In this document: one piece after another, positions 50,042 to 63,619 of the stretch
Layout: each line of letters opens with the position of its first letter
Position numbering within the stretch: the stretch's first letter is position 1
The notes under the pieces: model-generated
Databases searched by the model: none
What the model was told of the DNA's origin: nothing
The model's input: only the letters and a program-made list of their open reading frames with translations
Translations under genes and position numbers: made by a program
NCBI GenBank assembly: GCA_964016885.1
Contig: OZ024742.1
Coordinates: forward strand, 370,078,001-370,142,000
Direction: 5' to 3'
DNA: 64,000 bases
Source: Eledone cirrhosa
Taxonomy: Eukaryota

Positions 50042-52620
50042 TCATCATCATCATCATAAACGTTTAACGTCCGTGTTCCACGCTTGCATGGGTTTGGACG
50101 GGGCTTTTCCCACTTGAGGCAAGAGTGATTGTCTTGCTCGCATAGGACTTTCTGGCAGGTTTTCTACAGTTGGATGCCCTTCCTAACACCAACCACATTT
50201 ACAGTGTGGGTCTGGGAGGTTTTTACCGTGTTGCCTACATGGCCACATTACAGCGTGGACTGTGTTTTTTTTGTCGTGAAACCTACACGATCTCATTTGT
50301 TTCGGCCTGGATGGTGTGGCACCAACATAACTTTACATAGAAGGGGGCGGTGTGGATGGGGTGGGGGTGGTGGGACGGGGGTGTATTTTGTTAGAGATGC
50401 CTACTGACTGTAGTAGGTTTTACTATGTATTTAGGTAAGGCGGGTCTTCTCTATTACTGAGTACTGCCAAAGGTCTCGGTCCAGTGACATTGTCTTGGAG
50501 AGGTGTGTGAGGTCGGAGTTTATCAGTTCGTCCCAGGTTTTTCTGGGTCTGCCTATTCCGTGGCTACCGTCTATCTTTATTGCCCTGCACTTTGTTATAC
50601 AGCTATTGGCTTTCATGCGCATCACGTGTCCATACCAACGTAGCCTTCTCTCGAGTAAACAACATCTGATCCCTCTTATTTCTAATTTTTTCCTTAGTTC
50701 GTTTATGCTTTGCCGTTCACGTATATTACTATTACACATCCAGCGGATCATGCAAGCTTCGTTCCTCTCTAGTCTGCGTATATCCTCTGCACACAATGCC
50801 CAGGTCTCACTGCCATGCAACATTGCTGTTCGTATGCAGGCATCATACAACCTGCCTTTCGTTTTTAGGGAGAACCCTTTAGCGGCTAATAGTGGTAAAA
50901 GCTCTCTGAACTTTTTCCATCCAGTTCTGACTCTAGCTACTGTACTTTCAGAGCACCCTCCCCCATTGCTGATTTTGTCACCCAGGTAACGGAAGCTGTC
51001 CACTATTTCTATAGAGCCCTCTGCGCAGTTGAAAGAGCTAGTATTTTGTGGGCACTTGCTGCTACTTATTGCACCAGAGCACCGGCCACATGTGAAATCT
51101 ATGTTCTTAGTTGGCTTACCTGTGATCCCACTACATCTTTTATGCACCCATACTTTGCATTTCTGACACAAAATGGAGTTTCTACCTACGCCTTTCCTAC
51201 ACACTGAGCATGGCCACTTCCCGGAAGGGACCGCCGCCTTATTTTCTTTCCTACAAACTAGAACTTTGGTCTTAGCCAGATTAATTTTAAGGCCTTTTGA
51301 TTTTAGGCCGTGCTTCCATGTTTGGAATTTCTTCTCTAGCTCGGCCATTGATTCAGCTATGAGTGTTAGGTCGTCTGCGTATAGGAGTTCCCATGGGCAG
51401 CCGGTCTTGAACTCCTCTGTTATAGCCTGAAGGGCAATAATAAATAGTAGGGGGCTGAGAACAGAGCCCTGATGGACGCCAACTTTTACGCTAAACTCTT
51501 CACTATATTCGTTGTTAATTCTAACCTTGCTGACTGTTTCTTTATACATGGCTTGTATAGCTCTCACAAGCCATTCGTCGACACCTAGTTTTCTAAGGGC
51601 TCACCAGATAATGGAACGGGGGACTCTGTCGAAGGCTTTCTCCAAGTCGACAAAAGCTAAGTAGAGGGGTTTACTTTTAGCTAGGTACTTCTCCTGTAGT
51701 TGTCGTACAATGAAAAGAGCGTCTGTGGTACTTTTGCCTGACACAAACCCGAACTGCATTTCATCTAGATCAATTCTCTCTCTGATTAGTTGCGCTATTA
51801 CTTTTTCCGTGACCTTCATGACCTGGTCGATTAATTTAATGCCTCTATAGTTACTCCTATCTAGGGCATCTCCTTTACCCTTATAACAGTTAACGATGAT
51901 GCTGTTCTGCCAGTCCTTCGGAACAACCCCATTCTGTACAACTTGGTTAACTATCCGGGTGACCATGGTGTGTCCCACCGTGCCAGATGCCTTCAGCATC
52001 TCAGCAACTATTTCCGAAGGCCCAGCCGCCTTACCCGTCTTCATATCCTTGATTGCCTTACTTATTATACTACCCTCAACTAACACTGCTGGTCCCTCTA
52101 TTGGGTCGATGTGGGGGAGACTGTCTTTCTCCCATTTATTCTCCTCATTTAGTAGCCTTTCGTAGTGACACTTCCAAGCTACCTTCTTATCAGCGTCGGT
52201 GATGGCAAGTACGCCGTCATCATTAAGTACACACTTCTCCCCGACAATATCACGGTTTTCCTTGACACATTGCCTAGCAATCCTGAACACCTCACGTTTT
52301 TGGTCCTCGCGTTGTAGAACATGCTTGAACTTTCTTTCCTCTGCTTCCCTTCTTGCGAAGTACACTTCTCTCCTAGCTTCCCTCCTGGCCACTTGATAGT
52401 CTTCTCTGCTTCCCCCATCCCGCCATACTTTCCAAGCCTGTTTTTTGGCCATAATTGACCCCTCCACCTTACTGTTCCACCACCATGTTACTCTCCTCCT
52501 GCCTACAGGCCTGCTCCAGCCACAGACTTCGTCTGCCGCCATCAGCAGGTTTGCTTTCAGGAATTCCCACTGTTCCTCTATATTGTCCGACTCTAAATGC
52601 TCTCCCTTACTGTCGAAAGT
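50042..52620 (-). mobile_element. RTE family A, copy A4 (5' truncated, one nonsense codon)
   Basis: ORFs 51601-52542 and 50431-51567 share a frame and are split by a W-to-TGA change; complete 3'UTR and (GAT)n tail. Confidence 0.95.
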
Positions 52621-52726
52621 ATATATTATATGTATTTATGTATGTACATATCTATGATATATGCATGTGTGTATGGATCTAATGCAATTATAATCCCCTC
52701 ACTAGGTGAGAGCTTAGTTGATTTCT

Positions 52727-52748
52727 GAGATAGAGAAAAAGAGAGAGT

Positions 52749-52796
<48 letters not shown>

Positions 52797-52874
52797 AGAG
52801 ATGAGAGAGAGAGGAGAGAGAGAGAGAGAGAGAGAGAGGAGAGGGAGAGAGAGAGAGAGAGAGGAGAGAGAGAG

Positions 52875-52910
<36 letters not shown>

Positions 52911-52994
52911 GAGAGGAGAGAGAGGAGAGAGAGGAGAGAGAGAGAGGAGAGAGAGAGAGGAGAGGGAGAGAGGAGAGAGAGAGAGGAGAGAGAG

Positions 52995-53054
<60 letters not shown>

Positions 53055-53355
53055 GAGAGAGAAAGAGAGAGAAAGAGAGAGAAAGAGAGGAGGAGAGAGA
53101 AAGAGAGGAGGAGAGAGAAAGAGAGGAGGAGAGAGAAAGAGAGGAGGAGAGAGAAAGAGAGGAGGAGAGAGAAAGAGAGGGGAGGAGAGAGAAAGAGAGG
53201 AGGAGAGAGAAAGAGAGGGGAGGAGAGAGAAAGAGAGGGGGGAAGTGAGAAAGAGATGTGGGGGGAAGTGAGAAAGAGATGTGGGGGGAAGTGAGAAAGA
53301 GATGTGGGGGGAAGTGAGAAAGAGAGGGGGGAAGTGAGAAAGAGATGTGGAGGAA
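52727..53355. repeat. Polypurine (GA)n/GGA compound tract
   Basis: Seen directly. Confidence 0.92.
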
Positions 53356-53459
53356 GAATTGACCTCAGTACTGGACTGATCCAATAAAGATATAAAGACA
53401 TTCCAGCTGTGACCATCCAGTCTTTTTACATATTTATAACTACAGTCCTCTTACTAAAA

Positions 53460-53670
53460 CAAAGACAACTACTGCAATAGTTTCATCTCTTCCTGTTCTG
53501 AGTTCAAATCATAATCATTTAGAGCTTCATTTTACCTTTCAACCTTCCAGGGTCGTTAAAAATAAAGTACCTCTTTCAACCTTGCAGGGTCGTTAAAAAT
53601 AAAGTACCAGTCAAGAACTGCAGAAGACTAATCAATTATTACCCTCCACCAAAATGTGGTACTGTGCCTA
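53460..53670 (+). mobile_element. Degenerate Nin-domain-like SINE with an internal duplication
   Basis: B box gagttcaaatc; tttcaacctt(c/g)cagggtcgttaaaaataaagtacc is present twice. Confidence 0.65.
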
Positions 53671-53756
53671 TTTGCATACTCTATTGGACTGTGACCATGC
53701 TGGGGCAATATTGACTCCCCTTCCCCAGTACTTAATTCAATTTGGAATTTATTTTA

Positions 53757-53932
53757 TCCTTCTTTGCCCACTTATTCCTGAGAGGGTCATACAGTCCTCA
53801 AACACTCCTGTCAGGGGTTTCCTGTGAGAAGCAACTGGATCTCCAACTGGATCCCCAAGTGAGACCAGTCAATTCATGTATGTTATCCAACCATCTTGCT
53901 CGAGGTCGACCCTTGAGTCTCCTGCTGGCTGG
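53757..53932 (-). mobile_element. RTE 3' fragment
   Basis: The minus strand encodes RRLKGRPRARWLDNIHELTGL. Confidence 0.65.
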
Positions 53933-54001
53933 TTTTATCAATTTCTATTATTTGAAGAGAAAGGGGAACATGGGTTTTACACAAAACAAACATACATACA
54001 T

Positions 54002-54350
54002 GGAGGCACATGGCTTAGTGGTTAGAGCATTGGCCTTGCAATCGAAAGGTTGTGAGTTCAATTCTCAGACCGGGTGATGTGTTGTTTCCTTGAGCAAGAC
54101 ACTTTATTTCACATTGCTCCAGTTTACTTAGCTGTAGAAATGAGATGATAGGACTGGGGTCACTATCATTCCACTGCAAAGTGGTCGTGGAGGTGCCACG
54201 GCAAAAAAGCACCCAGCACTCACTGTAAATGAGGTTGGTGTTAGGAAGGGCATCCAGCTGTAGAAATCAAGCTTGAATCTGTTCCCATCCCACCCTTGCA
54301 AGCAGGGAAAAGCAGATGTAAAATGAAATGATGAAATGAAATGAAATGAT
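54002..54350 (+). mobile_element. tRNA-derived SINE with RTE-derived body and tail (copy 2)
   Basis: Closely matches 14987-15340; ends in a gaaat/gat repeat tail. Confidence 0.92.
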
Positions 54351-54840
54351 ATATTATGGACACCTGCACAGTTTCTCTACAACAAATTTTACTGCAAAGA
54401 TTACATACAGTAGTAGACATTTGCCTAATATATGAAGTGGGATTGAATCCACAATGGCAGTGTCTTCACTTCTCCACCACTGTCTATCATAGAAATTATT
54501 ATTGGAAAGTAGGACATGTTTTAACTGAAAAGGAAAAAAAAAAAATATTTATTAAAAAAATATATATTTATTAAAAAAACTCTGGGCTTTGCACTATTTT
54601 AATATCAATATCTTTGAGTCAAAATGACTTAGCAGTAATATAGAGGGATTCAATTAACTATAGCCTAGACTCCTAGAACATCTTGTCTTTGTACCTTTGT
54701 AGTAAATCAATATAATGTAGTGAGGTAAGGAAGACAGAACAGGCATGTATTTTAGTTTGGGTTGGTTGAAATAGTTCATATTTTCTTGCAATAACATTTT
54801 AATATTTTCCTTGATAAAAACAACAAGATATTACCTTTAA

Positions 54841-55290
54841 CCCTTTCAATATCAAACTATCTGAAACTGTCACTGGCTCTATGATAAAAGACTGTTTCAT
54901 CTTAACCCTTTCATGACCACATTTCTAATGAAATGTGCTATTTTAATTAATTAATGAAGAATTTTGAGGGATTTACTAAAATTATTATTTATTTCATTAC
55001 TAAGATAGTAACTTCAATGTAAGAAGATTTTAATTTAAATTGGAACCCTTTAAAATGGGATGCTGTATTTCATAGAACCAGAGCTGGTTTTGGCCGGGTT
55101 GATAACTAAAGGGTTAAAGTGTTATATTTATCTAAAAGTCTATCAAATTTTTATAAGAATCTTTGCTAAGTTATATTCCAAAACACCAGCTTAATATTCA
55201 GAAAATTATATTATTAAATCCATTTAAAGTTTTCATTATTTTCAAAATGATATGAAAATCATAGACATTGTATAAATTTCTTACAGAGAC
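54841..55290. mobile_element. Nested piggyBac-like MITEs (inner copy 54906-55113)
   Basis: TTAA|CCCTTT starts at 54841 and 54906, and AAAGGG|TTAA at 55113. Related ends lie near 12265, 13763, 56860 and 57640. Confidence 0.6.
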
Positions 55291-55624
55291 TTGACTATAA
55301 ATTTATAGAGCAAGAAGTTGCTGCTATTCTACTCAATATACTGCAATACATACAAATCATTTAACATCCACTTTCCCTGCTAACAAGGGTTGGACTATAT
55401 ATATAAGACTTGCCGTCCCTTGCGCATGGGTTGAAGCATTCATCAAGTATGCACCACTTAACCCCTATCCTCCTCACTTCCATGCCTTTTCACCCCCTCC
55501 ACAGTCTCCAGTTCACACTGTAAAGTGGTCGTTTTGGTTCTACAAGAGAAAGAGCCAACATTGTAAAGTGGTCATGTTGTTATTGTGACAAAAGCAACTA
55601 TTTTATTAAGTCAAAGCTACAGCG

Positions 55625-55845
55625 AAGTCATCTAATTCAATTTTCAAACTCCACTTGCCAGTATCTAGACATACTTGTCTAGCAAGCCACACCGGACACT
55701 GGAATAGTTCCTTTATTTTCCTTGGAAGAAGAGATATTAATCTCGAAATATGAGGACATATGAATAAATTAAAGTAAAAAACAACCCCTGTTTCTTACAA
55801 TTTAATTATTTTCTATCCAAACCTGCATTTTCATGGCTTTCAAAC
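55625..55845 (+). mobile_element. Diverged solo Penelope-like terminal repeat with a degenerate hammerhead (55719-55756)
   Basis: tccttggaagaagagatattaatctcgaaatatgagga, with flanks homologous to 49594-49990 including the spacer. Confidence 0.7.
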
Positions 55846-55912
55846 TTTTAGAGTGTGTGCGCGGGCGGGCGTGCGTGTGCGGGCGGGCGAGCGGGCGGGC
55901 GGGCGTGCGTGC

Positions 55913-55946
<34 letters not shown>

Positions 55947-56377
55947 AAATCATCAGCATCGATTAACGTCAATCTTCCATGCTAGCATGGGTTAGACGGG
56001 TCCCGCAACCTCTTCAGATATGCGAGTTTACTTAGGGCCTTTCTCTCTCTTATATATATATATATACATATATATTTATATACATATATACATATATATA
56101 TTTATATACATATCTATATACATATATATTTATATACATATATATATATTTATATACATATATATATTTATATACATATATATATTTATATACATATATA
56201 TATATTTATATACATATACATATTTATATACATATACATATTTATATACATATACATATATACATACATATACATATATACATATATATATTTATATACA
56301 TATACATATATACATACATATACATATATACATACATATACATATATAAAAATACATATATACATATATAAATATAC

Positions 56378-56417
<40 letters not shown>

Positions 56418-56443
56418 GTGTATATATAATATATATATATACA

Positions 56444-56690
56444 CACAGAGGAGACTGAGGTTAGCTGGACATGCTCACCGACATCCAGAGTTGACATTGC
56501 ACTCAGTGCTCCTTTGGGAGCCCCTGCATGGACACACTAGAAAAGGAAGACCAAGGTTAACGTATGTTGATGCCCTAAGGATAGACACTGGTCTGTTGGA
56601 GACGCAGGACATGGCAGCGATGAGGGACAGAGACCGCTGGAGAGAACTCGTCCATGGATCTCGGGAATTTTACCCGCCTTAGATAGAGAT
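56444..56690 (+). mobile_element. 3' fragment of another RTE-like LINE
   Basis: [12 protein letters not shown]...LLWEP.HG.RKGRPRLTYVD...MRDRDRWR. Confidence 0.85.
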
Positions 56691-56999
56691 ATGTGTATAT
56701 ATATGTATATAAACACATACATGAGATGCAGACATAGCTGTGTGTGTGTGGTTAGTCAACAAGTTCAGTTCCACAACTATGTTTTAGGTTCAATCAAAGC
56801 AATCTTGTTAGCGATACAAAAGAATCGCACTCACAAATCAGATGTAAATGTCAAATTAACCCTTTAGATACCAACCCACTCCAAAATACCTCTATGAAAG
56901 TAACCACCTATTTTAAAGGGTTCTGTTTTAAATTAAAACCTTTCAAACAATTTCATGTTAAAAACGTTTTGGTACAAATGCTACCTTAATATTTTTTTC

Positions 57000-57290
57000 T
57001 CATTTTGGCACAAGGCCAAGAATTTAGGAGAATGGAAAAGATCCCATGGCTTCAGTACTTAACTGGTAATCTATTTTATCAACCACATGACCCCTGTACT
57101 TAAATGGTATTCTATTTTATAACCTCATGGCCCCTGTACAAAGCTGGTACTCTATTTTATCAACTCCATCACTCCAGTACTAAACCGGTACTTTATTTTA
57201 TTGACCCCGGAAGGATGAAAGGTAAAGATGACGTAGTGGAATCTCAACTCAGAACATAGGCAGTCATAACTAAATATTTCAAAGCAATAA
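57000..57290 (-). mobile_element. Nin-domain-like SINE with ~4 tandem ~40-bp internal repeats
   Basis: The cagtacttaactggta-tctattttat motif is repeated 4 times, then gaccccggaaggatgaaagg. Confidence 0.65.
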
Positions 57291-57339
57291 TAAAATGTTA
57301 ATAATTTTAATAAATCCCTTCAAATTCTTCGTTAATTAA

Positions 57340-57582
57340 TCTGGATTGATCTACCAACAATATCTCAGACCTCATTTGCTTACTGAGTGGGGGTGGACCA
57401 AGGAAACAATGTTTCCATTGGTCTTTCTATTGCTGATACTATCTACCAGTTGCAACTCCTGGCAAAAACAGTAACATGAAAAAAAAGCGTCTTGCTCAAG
57501 GACATAACAACACCCAGTCAGGGAATCGAACTCACAACATCATGATTACGTATCCAATTCTCTAACCACTCAGCCATATACC
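57340..57582 (-). mobile_element. tRNA/CORE-like SINE, degenerate
   Basis: cttgctcaaggaca, gggaatcgaactc (reverse B box) and ctaaccactcagcca (reverse A box). Confidence 0.7.
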
Positions 57583-57706
57583 TTTTAATTAATCTAAATA
57601 CAGTGTATTTTATTAGAAGAAATATGGTAATGAAAGGTTTAACTGAATGTTTTTATCTCTGCAGTGTATTACTCATTTCACACTCTTTGTTCCTGTAACA
57701 ACACAG

Positions 57707-60700
57707 GGAAGGTACCATGGATCCGAGGTTTTCACTGAGATTTACTGAGGAAGGTACCACACCTGGATCTGAGGTTTTCACTGAGAATTTACTGGGAAGG
57801 TACCACACCTGGATCTGAGGTTTTCAGTGAAAATTTACTGAGGAAGGTACCACACCTGGATCTGAGGTTTTCACTGAGATTTACTGAGGAAGGTACCACA
57901 CCTGGATCTGAGGTTTTCACTGAGAATTTACTGGGAAGGTACCACACCTGGATCTGCAGTCTTCACTGAGAATTTACTGGGGAAGGTACCATACCTGGAT
58001 CTGAGGTTTTCACTGAGAATTTACTGAGGAAGGTACCACACCTGGATCTGAGGTTTTCACTGAGAATTTACTGGGAAGGTACCACACCTGGATCTGCAGT
58101 TTTCACTGAGAATTTACTGGGGAAGGTACCACACCTGGATCTGAGGTTTTCACTGAGAGTTTATTGAGGAAGGTACCACACCTGGATCTGAGGTTTTCAC
58201 TGAGAATTTACTGGGGAAGGTACCATACCTGGATCTGAGGTTTTCACTGAGAATTTACTGGGGAAGGTACCATACCTGGATCTGAGGTTTTCACTGAAAA
58301 TTTACTGAGGAAGGTACCACACCTGGATCTGAGGTTTTCACTGAGAATTTACTGGGGAAGGTACCACACCTGGATCTGAGGTTTTCACTGAGAATTTACT
58401 GGGGAAGGTATCACACCTGGATCTGAGGTTTTCACTGAGAATTTACTGGGGAAGGTATCACACCTGGATCTGAGGTTTTCCCTGAGAATTTACTGGGGAA
58501 GGTACCACACCTGGATCTGGGGTTTTCACTGAGAATTTATTGAGGAAGGTACCACACCTGGATCTGAGGTTTTCACTGAAAATTTACTGAGGAAGGTACC
58601 ATACCTGGATCTGAGGTTTTCACTGAGAATTTACTGGGTAAGGTACCATACCTGGATCTGAGGTTTTCACTGAGAATTTACTGGGGAAGGTATCACACCT
58701 GGATCTGAGGTTTTCCCTGAGAATTTACTGAGGAAGGTAGCACACCTGGATCTGAGGTTTTCACTGAGAATTTACTGAGGAAGGTAGCACACCTGGATCT
58801 GAGGTTTTCACTGAGAATTTACTGGGGAAGGTACCACACCTGGATCTGAGGTTTTCACTGAGAATTTACTGGGGAAGGTTCCACACATGGATCTGAGGTT
58901 TTCACTGAAAATTTACTGAGGAAGGTACCACACCTGGATCTGGGGTTTTCACTGAGAATTTACTGAGGAAGGTACCACACCTGGATCTGAGGTTTTCACT
59001 GAGAATTTACTGAGGAAGGTACCATACCACAGATCTGAGGTTTTCACTGAGAATTTACTGAGGAAGGTACCATACCTGGATCTGAGGTTTTCACTGAGAA
59101 TTTACTGGGGAAGGTACCACACCTGGATCTGAGGTTTTCACTGAGAATTTACTGAGGAAGGTACCATACCACAGATCTGAGGTTTTCACTGAGAATTTAC
59201 TGAGGAAGGTACCATACCTGGATCTGAGGTTTTCACTGAGAATTTACTGGGGAAGGTACCACACCTGGATCTGAGGTTTTCACTGAGAGTTTATTGAGGA
59301 AGGTACCACACCTGGATCTGAGGTTTTCACTGAGAATTTACTGATGAAGGTACCACACCTGGATCTGAGGTTTTCACTGAGAATTTACTGAGGAAGGTAC
59401 CACACCTGGATCTGAGGTTTTCACTGAGAATTTACTGGGGAAGGTACCACACCTGGATCCGAGGTTTTCACTGAGAATTTACTGGGGAAGGTACCACACC
59501 TGGATCTGAGGTTTTCACTGAGAATTTACTGAGGAAGGTACCATACCACAGATCTGAGGTTTTCACTGAGAATTTACTGAGGAAGGTACCATACCTGGAT
59601 CTGAGGTTTTCACTGAGAATTTACTGGGGAAGGTACCACACCTGGATCTGAGGTTTTCACTGAGAGTTTATTGAGGAAGGTACCACACCTGGATCTGAGG
59701 TTTTCACTGAGAATTTACTGATGAAGGTACCACACCTGGATCTGAGGTTTTCACTGAGAATTTACTGAGGAAGGTACCACACCTGGATCTGAGGTTTTCA
59801 CTGAGAATTTACTGGGGAAGGTACCACACCTGGATCCGAGGTTTTCACTGAGAATTTACTGAGGAAGGTACCACACCTGGATCTGAGGTTTTCACTGAGA
59901 ATTTACTGGGGAAGGTACCACACCTGGATCTGAGGTTTTCACTGAGAATTTACTGGGAAGGTACCACACCTGGATCTGAGGTTTTCACTGAGAATTTACT
60001 GGGGAAGGTACCATACCTGGATCTGAGGTTTTCACTGAGAATTTACTGGGGAAGGTACCACACCTGGATCTGAGGTTTTCACTGAGAATTTACTGGGGAA
60101 GGTACCATACCTGGATCTGAGGTTTTCACTGAGAATTTACTGGGGAAGGTACCACACCTGGATCTGAGGTTTTCACTGAGAATTTACTGGGGAAGGTACC
60201 ACAGATCTGAGGTTTTCACTGAGAATTTACTGAGGAAGGTACCACAGATCTGAGGTTTTCACTGAGAATTTACTGAGGAAGGTACCACACCTGGATCTGA
60301 GGTTTTCACTGAGAATTTACTGGGGAAGGTACCACAGATCTGAGGTTTTCACTGAGAATTTACTGAGGAAGGTACCACAGATCTGAGGTTTTCACTGAGA
60401 ATTTACTGAGGAAGGTACCACAGATCTGAGGTTTTCACTGAGAATTTACTGAGGAAGGTACCACAGATCTGAGGTTTTCACTGAGAATTTACTGGGGAAG
60501 GTACCACGGATCTGAGGTTTTCACTGAAAATTTACTGAGGAAGGTACCACACCTGGATCTGAGGTTTTCACTGAGAATTTACTGGGGAAGGTACCACACC
60601 TGGATCTGAGGTTTTCACTGAGAATTTACCACACCTGGATCTGAGGTTTTCACTGAGAATTTACTGGGGAAGGTACCACAGATTTGATGTTTTCACAGAG

Positions 60701-60853
60701 AATTTACTGGGGAAGGTACCACACCTGGATCTGAGGTTTTCACTGAAAATTTACTGAGGAAGGTACCACACCTGGATCTGAGGTTTTCACTGAGAATTTA
60801 CTGAGGAAGGTACCACACCCGGATCTGAGGTTTTCACTGAGAATTTACTGGGG
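57707..60853. repeat. 47-bp satellite, ~67 copies
   Basis: Unit ggaaggtaccacacctggatctgaggttttcactgagaatttactg(a/g); 42-bp deletion variants cluster near 60190-60530. Confidence 0.97.
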
Positions 60854-61489
60854 AGTTTATGAATAAATTATATATTTCCAACTACTAAAAAGATTTTATA
60901 AGAAATATTCCTTTGGTGAAATAGCATCTTCAGAGACTGGAAGGAATGTAGGGTGGACTTACAGTACTGGGATCACATGTCTAGTGGGTGGGTGTTGGAT
61001 ATTGGCTGGTGGAAATAGGGAGGAAAGGAGAAAACAAGGAGAGAGAGAAGGGATGAAGGGTGAGAAAGAGATTGAAGGAAAAGACAGAATGAGGAAGAGA
61101 AAGAGAAGAGAAAGAAGCAAAGAGAGAGGAGCAAAAAATGGAAAGATATATATATATAGAGATAGGGGGGTGGAGAGAGGGTGGTATGGTAGGGGAAGAG
61201 AGGGTGGTGTGGTATGGTAGGGGGAGAGAGAGAGATAGAACATTTGATATAGAATCAATGAAGAAATATTTGAAGTAGGTTTGTTGTGTAGCTAAGTTGT
61301 AGTGCAGCCATTGTTAAGTGGGAGCAGGTGCAGATATGTGCATATGTGCATGTTAGATGTTGGATGCACTGGGCTAGTGGTGGCTGTGGACAGGGGTGGG
61401 GGAAGGTGGGGTATATATATATAAAGGACTGCAGAGGGGGGAGGGTGAAGAGGGGATATTAGAGGGGGGAGGTGAGACAGAGGTAGGTG

Positions 61490-62118
61490 GAAGAGGGAGG
61501 AAAGAGAAGTCAAAGACAGAGAGAGAGAGAGGAGGAAGGCAAAGAGAGAGGAAAGAGAGAAAAGAGAGAGAAGCGAGAAAAGTGAAGGCGAGAGGAGAGA
61601 GAAAGAAGGCGAGAGAAGAAAGAGAGAAGAAAGAGAGAAGAAAGAGAGAAGAGAGACAGAGAAGAGAGAAAGGTAAGAGAGAAGAGAGAGAGAGAAAGGT
61701 GAGAGAGAAAGGTAAGAGAGAAGAGAGAGAGAGAAAGGTGAGAGAGAAGAGAGAAAGGTGAGAGAAGAGAGAAAGGTGAGAGAAAGGTGAGAGAAGAGAG
61801 AAAGGTGAGAGAAAGGTGAGAGAAGAGAGAAAGGTGAGAGAAAGGTGAGAGAAAGGTGAGAGAAGAGAGAAAGGTGAGAGAAAGGTGAGAGAAGAGAGAA
61901 AGGTGAGAGAAGAGAGAAAGGTGAGAGACGAGAGAGAGAGAAAAGAGAAAGGTGAGAGCGAGAGAGAGAGAAAAGAGAAAGGGCAGAGCGAGAGACAGAG
62001 AAAAGAGAAAGGGGAGAGTTAGAGAGAGAAAAGAGGAAGGGGAGAGTTAGAGAGAGAAAAGAGGAAGGGGAGAGCTAGAGAGAGAAAAGAGAAAGGGGGG
62101 GGGGGAGAGAGAGAGAGA
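61490..62118. repeat. Polypurine GA-rich tract with gagaaaggtga repeats
   Basis: Seen directly. Confidence 0.9.
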
Positions 62119-62349
62119 TGTATTTCAAATATTAGTGAGAAATATATTTAGTAGAGATGACAGATCCGGAACAATAGCCAAACTACAGAGAACAAGAATT
62201 GATAGAAGTGAGAGGTGTGTGAGGGGGGAAGGAAGAGTGATAGAAGTGTTATGAGATATTTTCATCTCAACATATGGCAACAAGCTAAAGGACTGGTGGG
62301 TGAGAAAGAGAGAGAATCACCTTTTGTTGTGAAATTTTTACCTTAAATT

Positions 62350-62685
62350 CATCATCATCATCATTTAACGTCCATCTTCCACGCTTGCATGGGTTTGGAC
62401 GGGAATTGTCCCACTTGAGGCAAGATTGGTTATCTTGCTCGCATAGGACTGTCTGGCGGGTTTTCTACGGCTGGATGCCCTTCCTAACACCAACCACGTT
62501 TACAGTGTGGACTGGGAGGTTTTTACAGTGTTACCTACACGGCCACATTACAGCGTGGACTGTGTGGTTTTGTTGTGACACCTACACAACCTCATTTATT
62601 TAGGACTGGATGTTGTGGTACCAACATAGCTTTACATTGAAAGGGGTAATGTGGATGGGGTGGGGGTAGTGGGAGGGGTGTGTAT
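62350..62685 (-). mobile_element. Older RTE family A 3'UTR insertion (A5)
   Basis: Collinear with 50042-50390 but more diverged. Confidence 0.9.
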
Positions 62686-62982
62686 TAAATTCTTCCATAT
62701 ATCCCAAAAGACAAACTACTGTTAGTCTGGGACGATGATATACTCTTCCTCTTCCTCATATATATGGTGGCACAGACAGACATAATTGTAGATAGAGATA
62801 AACCTAACCAGTTGCCAGTTTTAGTATCTGGTCACTAGTCTTGGCTGTCTTTGACAGAGGTTACAAGCTATTGGCAAGGGGGGGGGGGTCAAGGATAGTT
62901 TCCCCCCCCCCCCCCCCCCTCTCACTTTTACCAAACTTAAAATCTTTGAAAAAGAAATACAGGACTAAGCTTCAAATAAAAA

Positions 62983-63240
62983 GATGTCCTTCCTAACACC
63001 AAACACTTTACAGTGTGGACTGGGTACTTTTGTCATGACACCTACATGACCACATTACAGTGTGAACTGGGTACTTTTGTCATGACACCTACCTGACCAC
63101 ATTACAGTATGGACTGGGTACTTTTGTCATGACACCTTCATGACCACATTACAGTGTGGACTGGGAGCTCCTTGTGGCACCAAAATTGACCACTTTACTG
63201 TGTGGACTGGAGACTTATTGTTGTAGCACCAAAACTGATC
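62983..63240 (-). repeat. RTE UTR module followed by 5 tandem ~46-bp units
   Basis: gatgtccttcctaacacc, then repeats of cac(t/a)ttacagtgtggactgggtacttttgtcatgacacctacatgac. Confidence 0.85.
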
Positions 63241-63619
63241 TCTTTATTACAATATCTCTGCTGATTATCTGACTGACAGTGAAGATTTCCTCACCAAGAC
63301 ATCAGAGTAAATCGATCAAGTTCCTTTAACAGACATTGGGGTGCCACTCTAGACATTTGACAGAGTCCATCATGATATGGGCCTTAGAAATACTGGTAGA
63401 GCCAGTCATTAGGGTGCCACACAAGACGTTTGAAAATATGTCCATCATGACATTTCAGTGAGCTTTATAGATGCTTGGTGGTACCCACCTCCCCATAACT
63501 GGTAGACTGTAGTTAGGGTGCCACTGGGGTAGCTAGGAGTTGGGGTGTCACTCTACATGTTTGACATTATGGTTTCTCAGTGGCCTTCAGAAATACTTGA
63601 TGATACCCTTCTCCCTTTG

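Noticed and set aside
40218-52620. Copies A2 and A4 are both truncated next to ctgtcgaa
   Set aside because: Two events at different element positions; compatible with chance or microhomology.
57707-60853. CRISPR-like regular arrays (also 28915-35480 and 27418-28014)
   Set aside because: Head-to-tail repeats with no unique spacers, no cas genes and a eukaryotic context.
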